Virus record (IMG/VR): IMGVR_UViG_3300008261_004773
Location: 32,830-96,829 of that record
Direction: 5' to 3' (one strand)
DNA length: 64,000 nt
Origin: a virus
This document shows positions 1-8,089 of the stretch, in pieces. A model generated the notes under the pieces. It worked only from the letters and a program-made list of their open reading frames with translations, was not told the origin of the DNA and searched no databases. Every line of letters starts with the position of its first letter. Positions within the stretch are counted from its first letter, which is position 1. Made by a program: the position numbers and the translations under genes.

Positions 1-1
1 A

Positions 2-196
2 AAACTTGGAATTGAATGCAAGTTTGTAGGGAATTTTCCATGGGTATATCTTGACGAGATCAATGGGAAAAGAGTTACTGAACGTTTCTGTGGTAACCAT
101 GGTTTCACAATTGCTTTCCTACCTATCCGTAAGGGACAAAAAATGAATCTCACAGATATTGGGGAGATAATGAAAGTGGTAAGAAAGTATAGATGA
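2..196 (+). CDS. Hypothetical phage protein, 3' part (runs off window start)
   Basis: Open frame 2..196 (KLGIECKFVGNFPWVYLDEINGKRVTERF...RKYR-TGA), translated by hand. Confidence 0.7.
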   Translation, partial: KLGIECKFVGNFPWVYLDEINGKRVTERFCGNHGFTIAFLPIRKGQKMNLTDIGEIMKVVRKYR

Positions 197-202
197 TAAA
201 AC

Positions 203-275
203 GCGTGTGTAGCTCAGCTGGAAGAGCAGTGGTCTCCAAAACCAAAGGTCGTAGGTTCGATTCCTACCATGCGTG
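203..275 (+). tRNA. tRNA-Trp(CCA)
   Basis: Cloverleaf: TAGCTCAG D-arm, anticodon loop CTCCAAA, GTAGG-TTCGATT-CCTAC T-arm. Confidence 0.93.
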
Positions 276-280
276 CAAAA

Positions 281-412
281 GGTTGATTGGGGAATGGTGA
301 TATCAATGACTCGAGAGTGTATTTCGGTCGGTATCATCGGAGTTGGGAGAAATACACCTGAGTAATGCCAATCATAAAAGGGGTCGTCCACGCAACCATC
401 TTCCCCTTTCCT
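281..412 (+). ncRNA. Putative structured non-coding RNA between tRNA-Trp and tRNA-Tyr
   Basis: GC-rich spacer; pairings 284-290/368-374, 317-325/349-357, 289-298/395-406, 377-383/403-409. Confidence 0.55.
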
Positions 413-417
413 AATTT

Positions 418-499
418 GGGAGTATTGCCTAGCGGCAATGGCAGAAGACTGTAAATCTTCCCTCTTTCGAGTTCGTTGGTTCGAGTCCAGCTACTCCCA
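418..499 (+). tRNA. tRNA-Tyr(GTA)
   Basis: GGGAGTA/TACTCCC acceptor, GAAGA-CTGTAAA-TCTTC anticodon arm, long variable arm. Confidence 0.95.
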
Positions 500-504
500 C
501 TTAT

Positions 505-575
505 TGTCGTATGGTGTAACGGTAACACAGCAGATTTTGGTTCTGCTTTTCAAGGTTCGAATCCTTGTGCGACAA
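505..575 (+). tRNA. tRNA-Gln(TTG)
   Basis: TGTCGTA/TGCGACA acceptor, GCAGA-TTTTGGT-TCTGC, CAAGG-TTCGAAT-CCTTG. Confidence 0.95.
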
Positions 576-580
576 CTCAT

Positions 581-653
581 GGTGGATGTAGTTCAGAGGA
601 AGAACACTTGATTGTGGTTCAAGATGTCGTGGGTTCGAGTCCCATCATTCACC
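581..653 (+). tRNA. tRNA-His(GTG) with encoded G-1
   Basis: G-GTGGATG/CATTCAC-C, CTTGA-TTGTGGT-TCAAG anticodon arm. Confidence 0.95.
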
Positions 654-659
654 CAACAT

Positions 660-734
660 TGGAATGTAGCTCAGTTGGTTTAGAGCGCTAATCTGATACG
701 TTAGATGTCGGCGGTTCGAGTCCGCCCATTCCAA
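660..734 (+). tRNA. tRNA-Ile(GAT)
   Basis: TGGAATG/CATTCCA acceptor, loop CTGATAC, GGCGG-TTCGAGT-CCGCC. Confidence 0.95.
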
Positions 735-741
735 CAAAAGA

Positions 742-826
742 GGAGAGTTGCCTGAGTGGTTAAAGGAGCGGTTTGCTAAACCGTGGTCGGGAAACTGATC
801 CATTGGTTCGAATCCAATACTCTCCG
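742..826 (+). tRNA. tRNA-Ser(GCT)
   Basis: GGAGAGT/ACTCTCC acceptor, loop TTGCTAA, long variable arm. Confidence 0.95.
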
Positions 827-876
827 CATTTGACAATTAAAATCTATTTTACTATTATTTCATACAAACTTTTTTT

Positions 877-1317
877 ATGACTATCAAACAAGCTTTAAAG
901 TACAAAAACAAACTTGCTAAGAAAATTTCTGAAGAGATGATCAAAATCTCGCATTATAACTCAATAGAAGTAGGATCTGTTCGTCCTTACGATGTTAATG
1001 AGTCTTACCAAAAATATTACACCATGGTAAATGAATTGGTGGATTTAAAAAACAAAATACATCTTGCAAACGCACCTGTTTATTACCAAATTTTCCGTTT
1101 ATCTGAATTAAAAGGAATGGTGAGTAACCTAAAACAATTGGATTGTTCTGAAGGTAAAGTTGCATCAAGATATGGTAGAAGTATGGGTGAAGAACCTACA
1201 ATTAAGACCGCTGTAATTACAGTCAAAATGAGAGATGAGGCGGTGGAAACTTTGGAAACTGAGATTGAAAAAATTCAAGAAGAATTGGATCATCACAACG
1301 CAATTACAACAATTTAA
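877..1317 (+). CDS. Coiled-coil protein, DIP1984-like family
   Basis: 146 aa; N-term MTIKQALKYKNKL and C-term EIEKIQEELDHHNAITTI resemble the DIP1984-family pattern as I recall it. Confidence 0.6.
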   Translation: MTIKQALKYKNKLAKKISEEMIKISHYNSIEVGSVRPYDVNESYQKYYTMVNELVDLKNKIHLANAPVYYQIFRLSELKGMVSNLKQLDCSEGKVASRYGRSMGEEPTIKTAVITVKMRDEAVETLETEIEKIQEELDHHNAITTI

Positions 1318-1324
1318 AAATATT

Positions 1325-1501
1325 GGGTCAAGTGAAGAGGAGAGATAATTAAAAGTTAAGCTAGCAATGGCTCTACAATCAAATATTTCTGATGCAGGAA
1401 CTCGAATTGTGTATTCAAAAATTAAAATTCATCAGTTCAAAAATTAAACGTCAGATGTCAACATTCTTTCAATTTTAATTTTCAAACCTTTTCCTTGATC
1501 C
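1325..1501 (+). ncRNA. Putative ~177-nt ncRNA with long closing stem and heptamer-periodic interior
   Basis: 1325-1332/1494-1501, 1335-1340/1487-1492 and 1347-1354/1473-1480 pair; TCA/TTA at 1415, 1422, 1429, 1437, 1444, 1451, 1458. Confidence 0.6.
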
Positions 1502-1519
1502 TCCTTAAAACAATTTATT

Positions 1520-1762
1520 ATGGAACTTTTTTGGACTTATTATGTTATCTGTGTGATTTATTGTCACATTCAACTCTACAAAAGATATCGTAGAGACATG
1601 ACGCCTGGAGCGTTGAATATAACACCGGCTCTAGATTCAATCATGGTTATTATTCTCGGTTGGGCTTTGGCTCCTGTGGACTTTTTCCTAACTTGGATCA
1701 GGCTTTACAAAGAAGCTGAGGAAGCACGTAGAAGAAATTCAGACGATAAGAAAGTATTCTAA
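1520..1762 (+). CDS. Small membrane protein
   Basis: 80 aa, two hydrophobic segments. Confidence 0.7.
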   Translation: MELFWTYYVICVIYCHIQLYKRYRRDMTPGALNITPALDSIMVIILGWALAPVDFFLTWIRLYKEAEEARRRNSDDKKVF

Positions 1763-1843
1763 TTTGACCTTTCGATATAGTTTTGATATATTTATAATCT
1801 ATTGGTAAACTATTTTTTACATAAACTAAAACAAAAAAAACAA

Positions 1844-2017
1844 ATGAAAAAAGTATTGTTTTCTCTTTTGGTAATCGCAGGTTTAGCGGCTTGTAATGGT
1901 TCTACTTCTACTGAAGTTGCAACTAAAGATTCAGTTGTAGTTGATTCTACAGCAGTTTCTACAGAGGTTGTTGCTGATTCAACTAAAGTTGATTCAGTTG
2001 CTGCTGAAGTTAAGTAA
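1844..2017 (+). CDS. Small lipoprotein rich in D-S-(T/V) motifs
   Basis: MKKVLFSLLVIAGLAA-C lipobox; ATG at 1844 preferred to upstream TTG. Confidence 0.8.
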   Translation: MKKVLFSLLVIAGLAACNGSTSTEVATKDSVVVDSTAVSTEVVADSTKVDSVAAEVK

Positions 2018-2038
2018 TTTATCTTCTCACCGAAATAG

Positions 2039-2066
2039 AAAACCCACTTTTTGAGTGGGTTTTTTA
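2039..2066. terminator. Bidirectional intrinsic terminator
   Basis: AAAACCCAC...GTGGGTTTTTT between convergent genes. Confidence 0.8.
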
Positions 2067-2067
2067 T

Positions 2068-3276
2068 TTATAGTAATCTTTTGATCTGTTTTATATTTTC
2101 TCTGATGGATTCGTTTTTACTTACAGTATTCTTCTTTACCCAATCTACCCATTTGTAAGGTTGTACCTCATCAGTTTTTGAGACAGTTTTGATATTACTT
2201 GTATCCACGTCTAACGCTCTTAAAGGTTTCGTTAATAGGTCTAATATTGGATCTTTTCTTGAGTCGAGTTTAGGTCTTTCAGGTTTGATCTCCTTTCTTT
2301 TCTTGTCTTTGTCATCAACCTCTGTGTCACTGTCGAATTGTCTAAAACTTATTTTTGACTTAGATCTATCTAATATTCTTGCAACAGTATCACGACCGGC
2401 AGTTCCAATAACTTTATTCTTTGACAATGTCTGATCCGGTCTTACTTTGATATTAGATACAGAGCAAAATTCTGTGTAATAAATTTTCTTTTCAATCATA
2501 TGTTGTATGATTACAGAATCTTTACAGTTGTCTCTGTTACCAACAAAAACAACTTTACCATCCTCTGGATTCAAAACTTTCTTATCATTATCGACTGAAT
2601 ATTCTACGCTTGATATGTAACGACCATTAGACAACTCGTATACTTCGTTGATTGGGGTTATCATATCTCTGTGTTCAAGTTTCATCATCACAGCATTTTT
2701 CAGTGGCTCTAATATCTTTTTCAATATTGGATCCTCACTACGTTCTTTGGATGTGGTGTCTTTTTTGACTTGAGTATCTTTACTAAAAAAGTCATCCCAA
2801 TTAGTTTCGGATGATTTTGTCCCTGCAGACATAGGAATATTTTGTGTACCAACGTCGAACTTATCAACGTAATTCATTGGATCAACCAATTTACCATCTT
2901 TTTTCAATGTGAAATGTAAATGCGGACCACGTGAGTTACCTCTACCCGGATCATCCGATCCTCCACCTGAAAGCCCGACCACCTGACCTCTTTTTACAGT
3001 ACTACCCTGAGATACATCAACGCGTTTTACGTGACAAAATCTACTCCAAAAACCATTACCATAATCAATATCGATTGTACCACCACATTGTCTGTTATGA
3101 TTTGGGTGTGCTGTTTTTACAATACCATCTGCTGGTGCCTTTATAGCTGTGCCTGAAGGTACGGGAATGTCCACACCTGGATGTGTTTCATAACTTCTTT
3201 TGGCACCAAATGGAGAAGATACTTGGGATGATCCTACAGGATTCATAAATGTGACTTCTCTCAGTAACTTTTTCAT
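2068..3276 (-). CDS. M23 family peptidase with a second, degenerate M23-like domain
   Basis: HPGVD, FCH and GPHLHF motifs; second domain retains the DGKVVFVG/VIIQH pattern without HxH. Confidence 0.88.
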   Translation of the reverse strand: MKKLLREVTFMNPVGSSQVSSPFGAKRSYETHPGVDIPVPSGTAIKAPADGIVKTAHPNHNRQCGGTIDIDYGNGFWSRFCHVKRVDVSQGSTVKRGQVVGLSGGGSDDPGRGNSRGPHLHFTLKKDGKLVDPMNYVDKFDVGTQNIPMSAGTKSSETNWDDFFSKDTQVKKDTTSKERSEDPILKKILEPLKNAVMMKLEHRDMITPINEVYELSNGRYISSVEYSVDNDKKVLNPEDGKVVFVGNRDNCKDSVIIQHMIEKKIYYTEFCSVSNIKVRPDQTLSKNKVIGTAGRDTVARILDRSKSKISFRQFDSDTEVDDKDKKRKEIKPERPKLDSRKDPILDLLTKPLRALDVDTSNIKTVSKTDEVQPYKWVDWVKKNTVSKNESIRENIKQIKRLL

Positions 3277-3313
3277 ATAAGATAAATACCCATAAAAAAG
3301 AAAAACCGATTTT

Positions 3314-3535
3314 TCAATCGGCTTCTTTTTTTCTGTCTAATCCATATTTGATATACTTGTACCAAATACGTTCATGGATATAATATTGTATTGGTTTGTA
3401 AAGTAATTCTGCAACTCCGAAAGCGGCACCAACTTTTACAGAACCAGTTGCAAACCACATGATAAGAAAACCTATTAGTGTACTAATAATTCTGTAACTT
3501 ATGGTTTTAGCAACGTGTCTTTTATTTTGTACCAT
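3314..3535 (-). CDS. DUF2061-like small membrane protein
   Basis: RHVAKTISYRI...YYIHERIW signature. Confidence 0.8.
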   Translation of the reverse strand: MVQNKRHVAKTISYRIISTLIGFLIMWFATGSVKVGAAFGVAELLYKPIQYYIHERIWYKYIKYGLDRKKEAD

Positions 3536-3927
3536 TATACTTCGTACGAATTAACCATCTCAGTGATATCTAATCCTTCCCATCCCTGATTACGGTTCAA
3601 ATTTATACCTATAGCTCTCGGTATTTGTTCATTCTCAGGATCTTTGTCGTTAAGTATTACTCTTGTACCTCTACCTAAGTCCATAACAAGTTGATGGTAT
3701 TTGACACCAATTTTTTCGAGTTCCTGTTTTGTGAACAATTCGTATGAGCTTGGTCTAGCTGTTGTTATTACTATTACTGCCCCCTCGTCGTAGTATTTGT
3801 TTATTACATCGATAACCTCTTGTATGGGGGTCAAAACTGAAGTTGATAGTTCATTGAACTTTCTATATTGAACTAATGTTCCATCGATATCGACGAAGAA
3901 AGTTGGGTTTTTAATTGTTTTATTCAT
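3535..3927 (-). CDS. HAD-superfamily phosphatase (capless)
   Basis: FVDIDGTL, ITTAR, LNDK motifs. Confidence 0.8.
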   Translation of the reverse strand: MNKTIKNPTFFVDIDGTLVQYRKFNELSTSVLTPIQEVIDVINKYYDEGAVIVITTARPSSYELFTKQELEKIGVKYHQLVMDLGRGTRVILNDKDPENEQIPRAIGINLNRNQGWEGLDITEMVNSYEV

Positions 3928-4444
3928 TGCTTAAGAAAAAATGTATTCCTTTACTCCAGTAATCACCAAATGAACCTTCAATATCTTTGTATTTTATCGA
4001 TGTCACGTAGTCTTCACCTTCAATATCGGTAATGTTTATTTTTAGTTTTGATACGTCAAAATTCTCCTCATCGTCAATTGTAATTTCGAAGAACTGACCT
4101 TTGATATTATCTTCAACATATAACGTATTAGAGTTGTAGATTTCCGTCATTTCAGAGTTGGGATCATGTGTTTCTTGGAATAGAATTATCTGAACTTCCT
4201 CTTTAAATATGGTTGCATTTTCATCATCAAACACAGTTATTTCAGTGTTTTCAGGAATTCCACCAACTATTGAGGATTCCGTAGAGACTAAATGTTCCAT
4301 GTCAACGTTGAGGATATCGGCAACGTCCTCTAATATACACTCTTGTAAATTTAGATGTTCGAGTTGTTCTCTCTGATCCGAATCAATCGGATGTTGATAA
4401 ATTTCTGAACCTCTACCTTGTAATACAATGGTGAATTTGGGCAT
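3920..4444 (-). CDS. Hypothetical acidic protein
   Basis: 174-aa ORF overlapping the next gene by 8 nt. Confidence 0.7.
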   Translation of the reverse strand: MPKFTIVLQGRGSEIYQHPIDSDQREQLEHLNLQECILEDVADILNVDMEHLVSTESSIVGGIPENTEITVFDDENATIFKEEVQIILFQETHDPNSEMTEIYNSNTLYVEDNIKGQFFEITIDDEENFDVSKLKINITDIEGEDYVTSIKYKDIEGSFGDYWSKGIHFFLSNE

Positions 4445-4459
4445 ATGTTTTATTTTTTG

Positions 4460-4532
4460 AGCGGGAAACCGGGCTCGAACCGGCCACCTATAGCTTGGAA
4501 GGCTATCGCTCTACCAAATGAGCTACTCCCGC
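4460..4532 (-). tRNA. tRNA-Gly(TCC)
   Basis: Reverse complement GCGGGAGTAGCTCA...ATAGC-CTTCCAA-GCTAT...TTCGAG...TTCCCGCT. Confidence 0.95.
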
Positions 4533-4715
4533 TTAATATCTTTTTGGAATTATAATCCAAAATAAAATATAAATCAAAATTATTGGTAGTGGAGAAAAAA
4601 TAAGTCCTGCAAACAATATTCTGAAAAAAACAGGATCTGTGTTGAAGTATTCACCTAATCCTGAGCAAACACCACCGAAAACTTTATCGACGGGATCTCT
4701 GAAAATTCGTTTCAT
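4533..4715 (-). CDS. pspC: PspC-domain protein
   Basis: RDPVDKVFGGVCSGLGEYFNTDPVFFRI...YILFWIIIP signature. Confidence 0.88.
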   Translation of the reverse strand: MKRIFRDPVDKVFGGVCSGLGEYFNTDPVFFRILFAGLIFSPLPIILIYILFWIIIPKRY

Positions 4716-4730
4716 AAATTATATTATTTA

Positions 4731-4812
4731 AGTGAACAGTGGTTGGTGGGATACTATACCTCGGAGTCGACTTCCTTTCACTGCTGCAGACAGTTACACC
4801 AACATGTTCACC
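4731..4812 (-). ncRNA. Putative ~82-nt multi-branch structured RNA
   Basis: Nested GTGAACA/TGTTCAC and GTTGGTG/CACCAAC stems enclosing short hairpins. Confidence 0.5.
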
Positions 4813-4926
4813 ATCCGTTAAAATGTGATATTGTCCCCATGTTCAGGATAATCATCTCCCTGTCCATTGTTGGGATCGAGTTCTACCTCGTATTTCAAAT
4901 CATAACTCATCATCAACGGTTTTGTG

Positions 4927-4999
4927 AGCCAGAGACAGGAATCGAACCTGCGACCTACTGATTACAAATCAGTTGCTCTACCTGCTGAGCTACTCGGGC
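4927..4999 (-). tRNA. tRNA-Thr(TGT)
   Basis: Reverse complement has ACTGA-TTTGTAA-TCAGT and GCAGG-TTCGATT-CCTGT. Confidence 0.95.
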
Positions 5000-5010
5000 A
5001 TTCATTCTAA

Positions 5011-5223
5011 TTACTTCAAAGATAACGTTTTTTCTTCCAAATCAAAATTTTTTTTATTCATTTCTTTGATTGTTTTTCTTCCAGTTTTCCAATCAAGCCA
5101 AGTGTCCATATCACGGAGATCCATGAGGGTTTTCTCATGAACGAGAATGAAACCCTCAGGAGCAACCCCCGCGAACTTACGAACCTCACCCTCTCTTTCG
5201 AGAATCTCTTTGATATTAACCAT
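5011..5223 (-). CDS. Hypothetical protein
   Basis: 70-aa ORF overlapping the upstream gene. Confidence 0.65.
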   Translation of the reverse strand: MVNIKEILEREGEVRKFAGVAPEGFILVHEKTLMDLRDMDTWLDWKTGRKTIKEMNKKNFDLEEKTLSLK

Positions 5224-5806
5224 TATTCAAGAATTTTAAAATTTTTTCTTTGATTCCTGTTTGTTTGATTCCTTCATTAGATTTCTTTGTATGGACGAAA
5301 TTATCTAAACCCCAATCATAAACAAACTCTAAATCGTTCTCAGTTTGAAACTTACCCATATTCAAATCATCAACAGCAACCCAAGATGTTATCTCAGGAT
5401 GATCATTCAAATAGGTTTTAATTTCTAATGATCTTTCTTCTTCTAATTTGGCGTAGTTCCTAAAATTTTTTTCCCAATTTTTTGGATCAATTTCACTTAC
5501 TCTTTTTGTAACGCCAATAGGACCTTTGGTAATACCTTGATCCATATAGTACTTCTGAAGTTCTTCCAAACTCGCATAGTACCTCCAATCAGAGGAAACA
5601 ACAATTTCTGCACCAGTCTCCTCTAAAACTTCATTTAGAACCTTTACAGCCTTTTTATTAAAGTTATCGAATCTATATTCAAAAGGGATCTCACTTGGAG
5701 TCATGGATAACTTTCGTCCTCCCCATTTTTTCTGTTTTTTGTAACGTCCACCCCATTCTGTGGACAAACAGATTACACCATCATTATCTAAGAAAATCAC
5801 TTTCAT
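5216..5806 (-). CDS. HAD domain protein (Swiss-army-knife RNA-repair-like, HAD_SAK_2)
   Basis: VIFLDNDGV, IVVSSDWR and WVAVDD motifs. Confidence 0.8.
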   Translation of the reverse strand: MKVIFLDNDGVICLSTEWGGRYKKQKKWGGRKLSMTPSEIPFEYRFDNFNKKAVKVLNEVLEETGAEIVVSSDWRYYASLEELQKYYMDQGITKGPIGVTKRVSEIDPKNWEKNFRNYAKLEEERSLEIKTYLNDHPEITSWVAVDDLNMGKFQTENDLEFVYDWGLDNFVHTKKSNEGIKQTGIKEKILKFLNNG

Positions 5807-5882
5807 AAGACAAATGTACGAATATTTATTATAACACCAAAAAGTCTAAAGACATAAACTTTAAACACCCCTCAGATGGACG

Positions 5883-6107
5883 ATGCAAATAAACAGGGAA
5901 ACGTGGCAGAAAACACTCCAAGAGAATCTGTCTCAAATATTTTTAATGCTCGCTTTGTTCTTCAATCCATTTGGATTCGATGCCGTTCAGTATTCCCTAA
6001 TATTACTGACAGGAAGTTTATGGAAAGCGAACTTCGTTTTGTATTGTATTGCGGGGGTATTTTTTGGGCTTTATATCTACTTTCGAAGATTATCTAAAGC
6101 GCCTTGA
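5883..6107 (+). CDS. Small membrane protein
   Basis: 74 aa, two TM-like segments (FFNPFGFD). Confidence 0.6.
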   Translation: MQINRETWQKTLQENLSQIFLMLALFFNPFGFDAVQYSLILLTGSLWKANFVLYCIAGVFFGLYIYFRRLSKAP

Positions 6108-7578
6108 GTTTTCCTTCTTTGAATAACTCAAAATTGGGACCTTTGGTTAAAAAATAGTCTTTTCCAACCTTTCTATATCCTAAGATACCTGCGTTCTTAG
6201 CTGCGGCGAAGAATGAAGAATGTTGACCTCTTAATTCTCTTGGTTCCATTGTATAGTTACCTCTTTTGTATTTGGTTTTTCCATTGTCTGTAATTTTCTC
6301 GATGTAACCGATGTCAACTAAAAAGTCTAATTTGGTTCCTATTTTACCTGCCTCCAAGAATTTAACAAGTTTTGAAATCATCCCTTTGTTTTTTCCGAAT
6401 GTATATCCATATGTTGGAGTAAAAACGGCTTGATCGCCAATTACTTTTTTCTGTAACTCACGGTTATTCTCCACTTTATTCATAACACTAGAAAGTATCC
6501 ACCTCCTCATTGTATCTGTAGTGTTTTCAACAGTATCCAAAACCATAGGTGATTTCAGTTCGAAATTTTCTAAACCTAAATCTATGTAATCACTATCTTC
6601 CGAAGGATCATTACCTTGAAAACCAAGATCAATTTTGAATACATTCCTTTGGAACCTATGATTGAATTCCACATCACCATATGAGATCATGATTTGGTAA
6701 GAATCTAATACCTTACTCTCATTTAATTTTGATAGATATATTGTTAACTCACCCACAGCGTGATTTGGCATACCCTGTACGTTTTCAAATGCATCGATCC
6801 CGATTCCTAACTTTGTACCGGGCATCAAATAGTTTTTTGTTTGATCTAAACGTTGGTAATCGTTGAATACTTGAAATAACAATTCGTTCTTCTGAGATTC
6901 CGTGGATTTCTTTTTGTGTTCGTAGATTGCATCTGTAATATCCGAGAATGCGTATTTGAATACCTCAACTTCCCTATCCGACATTTTGTTGTCTGCTGTG
7001 TCCCACCAAGATTCTTTACCTGAGTTATCAAAGTGTACTGCAACTTTTGTGTAGTTACCTGGCTTTGAACTTTTCTTGTCGATGATGTAAAATAAAAGTT
7101 GACCTCCTGATGTATATCTACCAAAATGTCCCGCACCTTTTGAAGTTGTGCACCACTTTGTTCCTGATCCGTATTTACATGAAGATTCTTCATTTTTCGG
7201 TATTATAACAACGAATTTATCGTCCTCATAAATCTTATCAATTTGTTTTTCTAGTTCTTTTTCTTTTTGTTTTTGTTTGATAGGGAATAAAGCTGAATCT
7301 AATTCTTCAAAACTTTCATATTGATTGATGTCTTTTTTATCAAGTTGGGATTGATACTTATCAAAACTTTTAATCAAATTAATCCCAATTTCAGCGTCAC
7401 CTTCAATATGATCAGGATGAACTCCTTTCAGAACAAAATCCGTGTATTTGTGATTGAAATCTTGTAAATCAGCAATATTCAGAAACCAATCTAAAGTTTT
7501 TTCATCAAACTTGTTGGTATATTTTTTCTTTAAATCTTCTTTACGTCCTTCCCCTAATAAAATTGATATGAACTTCAT
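6094..7578 (-). CDS. Phage protein with KDINQY / KWCT domain
   Basis: 494 aa; shares motifs with 8090-9667; TATTTATA 4 nt upstream. Confidence 0.75.
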   Translation of the reverse strand: MKFISILLGEGRKEDLKKKYTNKFDEKTLDWFLNIADLQDFNHKYTDFVLKGVHPDHIEGDAEIGINLIKSFDKYQSQLDKKDINQYESFEELDSALFPIKQKQKEKELEKQIDKIYEDDKFVVIIPKNEESSCKYGSGTKWCTTSKGAGHFGRYTSGGQLLFYIIDKKSSKPGNYTKVAVHFDNSGKESWWDTADNKMSDREVEVFKYAFSDITDAIYEHKKKSTESQKNELLFQVFNDYQRLDQTKNYLMPGTKLGIGIDAFENVQGMPNHAVGELTIYLSKLNESKVLDSYQIMISYGDVEFNHRFQRNVFKIDLGFQGNDPSEDSDYIDLGLENFELKSPMVLDTVENTTDTMRRWILSSVMNKVENNRELQKKVIGDQAVFTPTYGYTFGKNKGMISKLVKFLEAGKIGTKLDFLVDIGYIEKITDNGKTKYKRGNYTMEPRELRGQHSSFFAAAKNAGILGYRKVGKDYFLTKGPNFELFKEGKLKAL

Positions 7579-7594
7579 ATGGTATAAATATACA

Positions 7595-7623
7595 AAAGGG
7601 GAGATCTATGTCTCCCCTTTTTT
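7595..7623. terminator. Intrinsic terminator
   Basis: AAAAGGGGAGA...TCTCCCCTTTTTT downstream of tRNA-Arg. Confidence 0.8.
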
Positions 7624-7624
7624 G

Positions 7625-7696
7625 TAGTCCCGCCAAGAATCGAACTTGGAATTACTGCTTAGAAGGCAGTAGTTATATCCATTTAACTACAGGACC
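7625..7696 (-). tRNA. tRNA-Arg(TCT)
   Basis: Reverse complement has ACTGC-CTTCTAA-GCAGT and CCAAG-TTCGATT-CTTGG. Confidence 0.93.
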
Positions 7697-7701
7697 ATGT
7701 T

Positions 7702-8052
7702 TTATTTCCAAAATAGTTGGATCAAAAGTATAATAAAACTTAATGATAAACAAATTATTGTTTTAGTTGTCATGGGTTCTTTGAGTATAAACCAAGCCAT
7801 TATGCTAAATACAATAACACCAATACTGAATCCAATAATACGGTTTGGCCAAGTCTGACCATCGTAGAGACTAACCATTTCCCTACTTGCCAAAATTACA
7901 AAATAACCAACAGGGACACCCATCAAAGTCATTAGGAAGGGGTGTTCTTTGATCCATTTATTCCAAAGGTGACCTTGTAATTGATAAAATGTGAAAGCCT
8001 GTGAAAACAGGTAGACTGTTAAAATAAAAATAATCGAGTAAATCTTGTTCAT
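7702..8052 (-). CDS. Four-TM membrane protein (DMT/SMR-like)
   Basis: Four hydrophobic helices, LKEP motif before the last; ATG 8052 follows TATATTTG. Confidence 0.65.
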   Translation of the reverse strand: MNKIYSIIFILTVYLFSQAFTFYQLQGHLWNKWIKEHPFLMTLMGVPVGYFVILASREMVSLYDGQTWPNRIIGFSIGVIVFSIMAWFILKEPMTTKTIICLSLSFIILLIQLFWK

Positions 8053-8089
8053 TGTCACAAATATAAAAAAAAGTTGTGACAAAAAAAAA

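Noticed and set aside
281-412. Theta/HDV-like or hammerhead ribozyme after tRNA-Trp
   Set aside because: Could not place HDV P3/L3/P1.1 or the hammerhead CUGANGA/GAAA core; kept only as unknown RNA
119-836. ORFs 119-391, 334-528, 476-691 and 645-836
   Set aside because: They overlap well-formed tRNA genes; spurious
1410-1465. CRISPR or TIGR-type array
   Set aside because: Units are 7 nt with no spacers; no cas or Nop-domain gene seen, and no CRISPR array recognised anywhere in the window
4743-4961. Plus-strand 72-aa ORF
   Set aside because: Antisense to tRNA-Thr and the structured elements; atypical composition
5876-6097. Alternative-frame 73-aa ORF
   Set aside because: Overlapping frame 5883-6107 gives a more plausible two-TM protein
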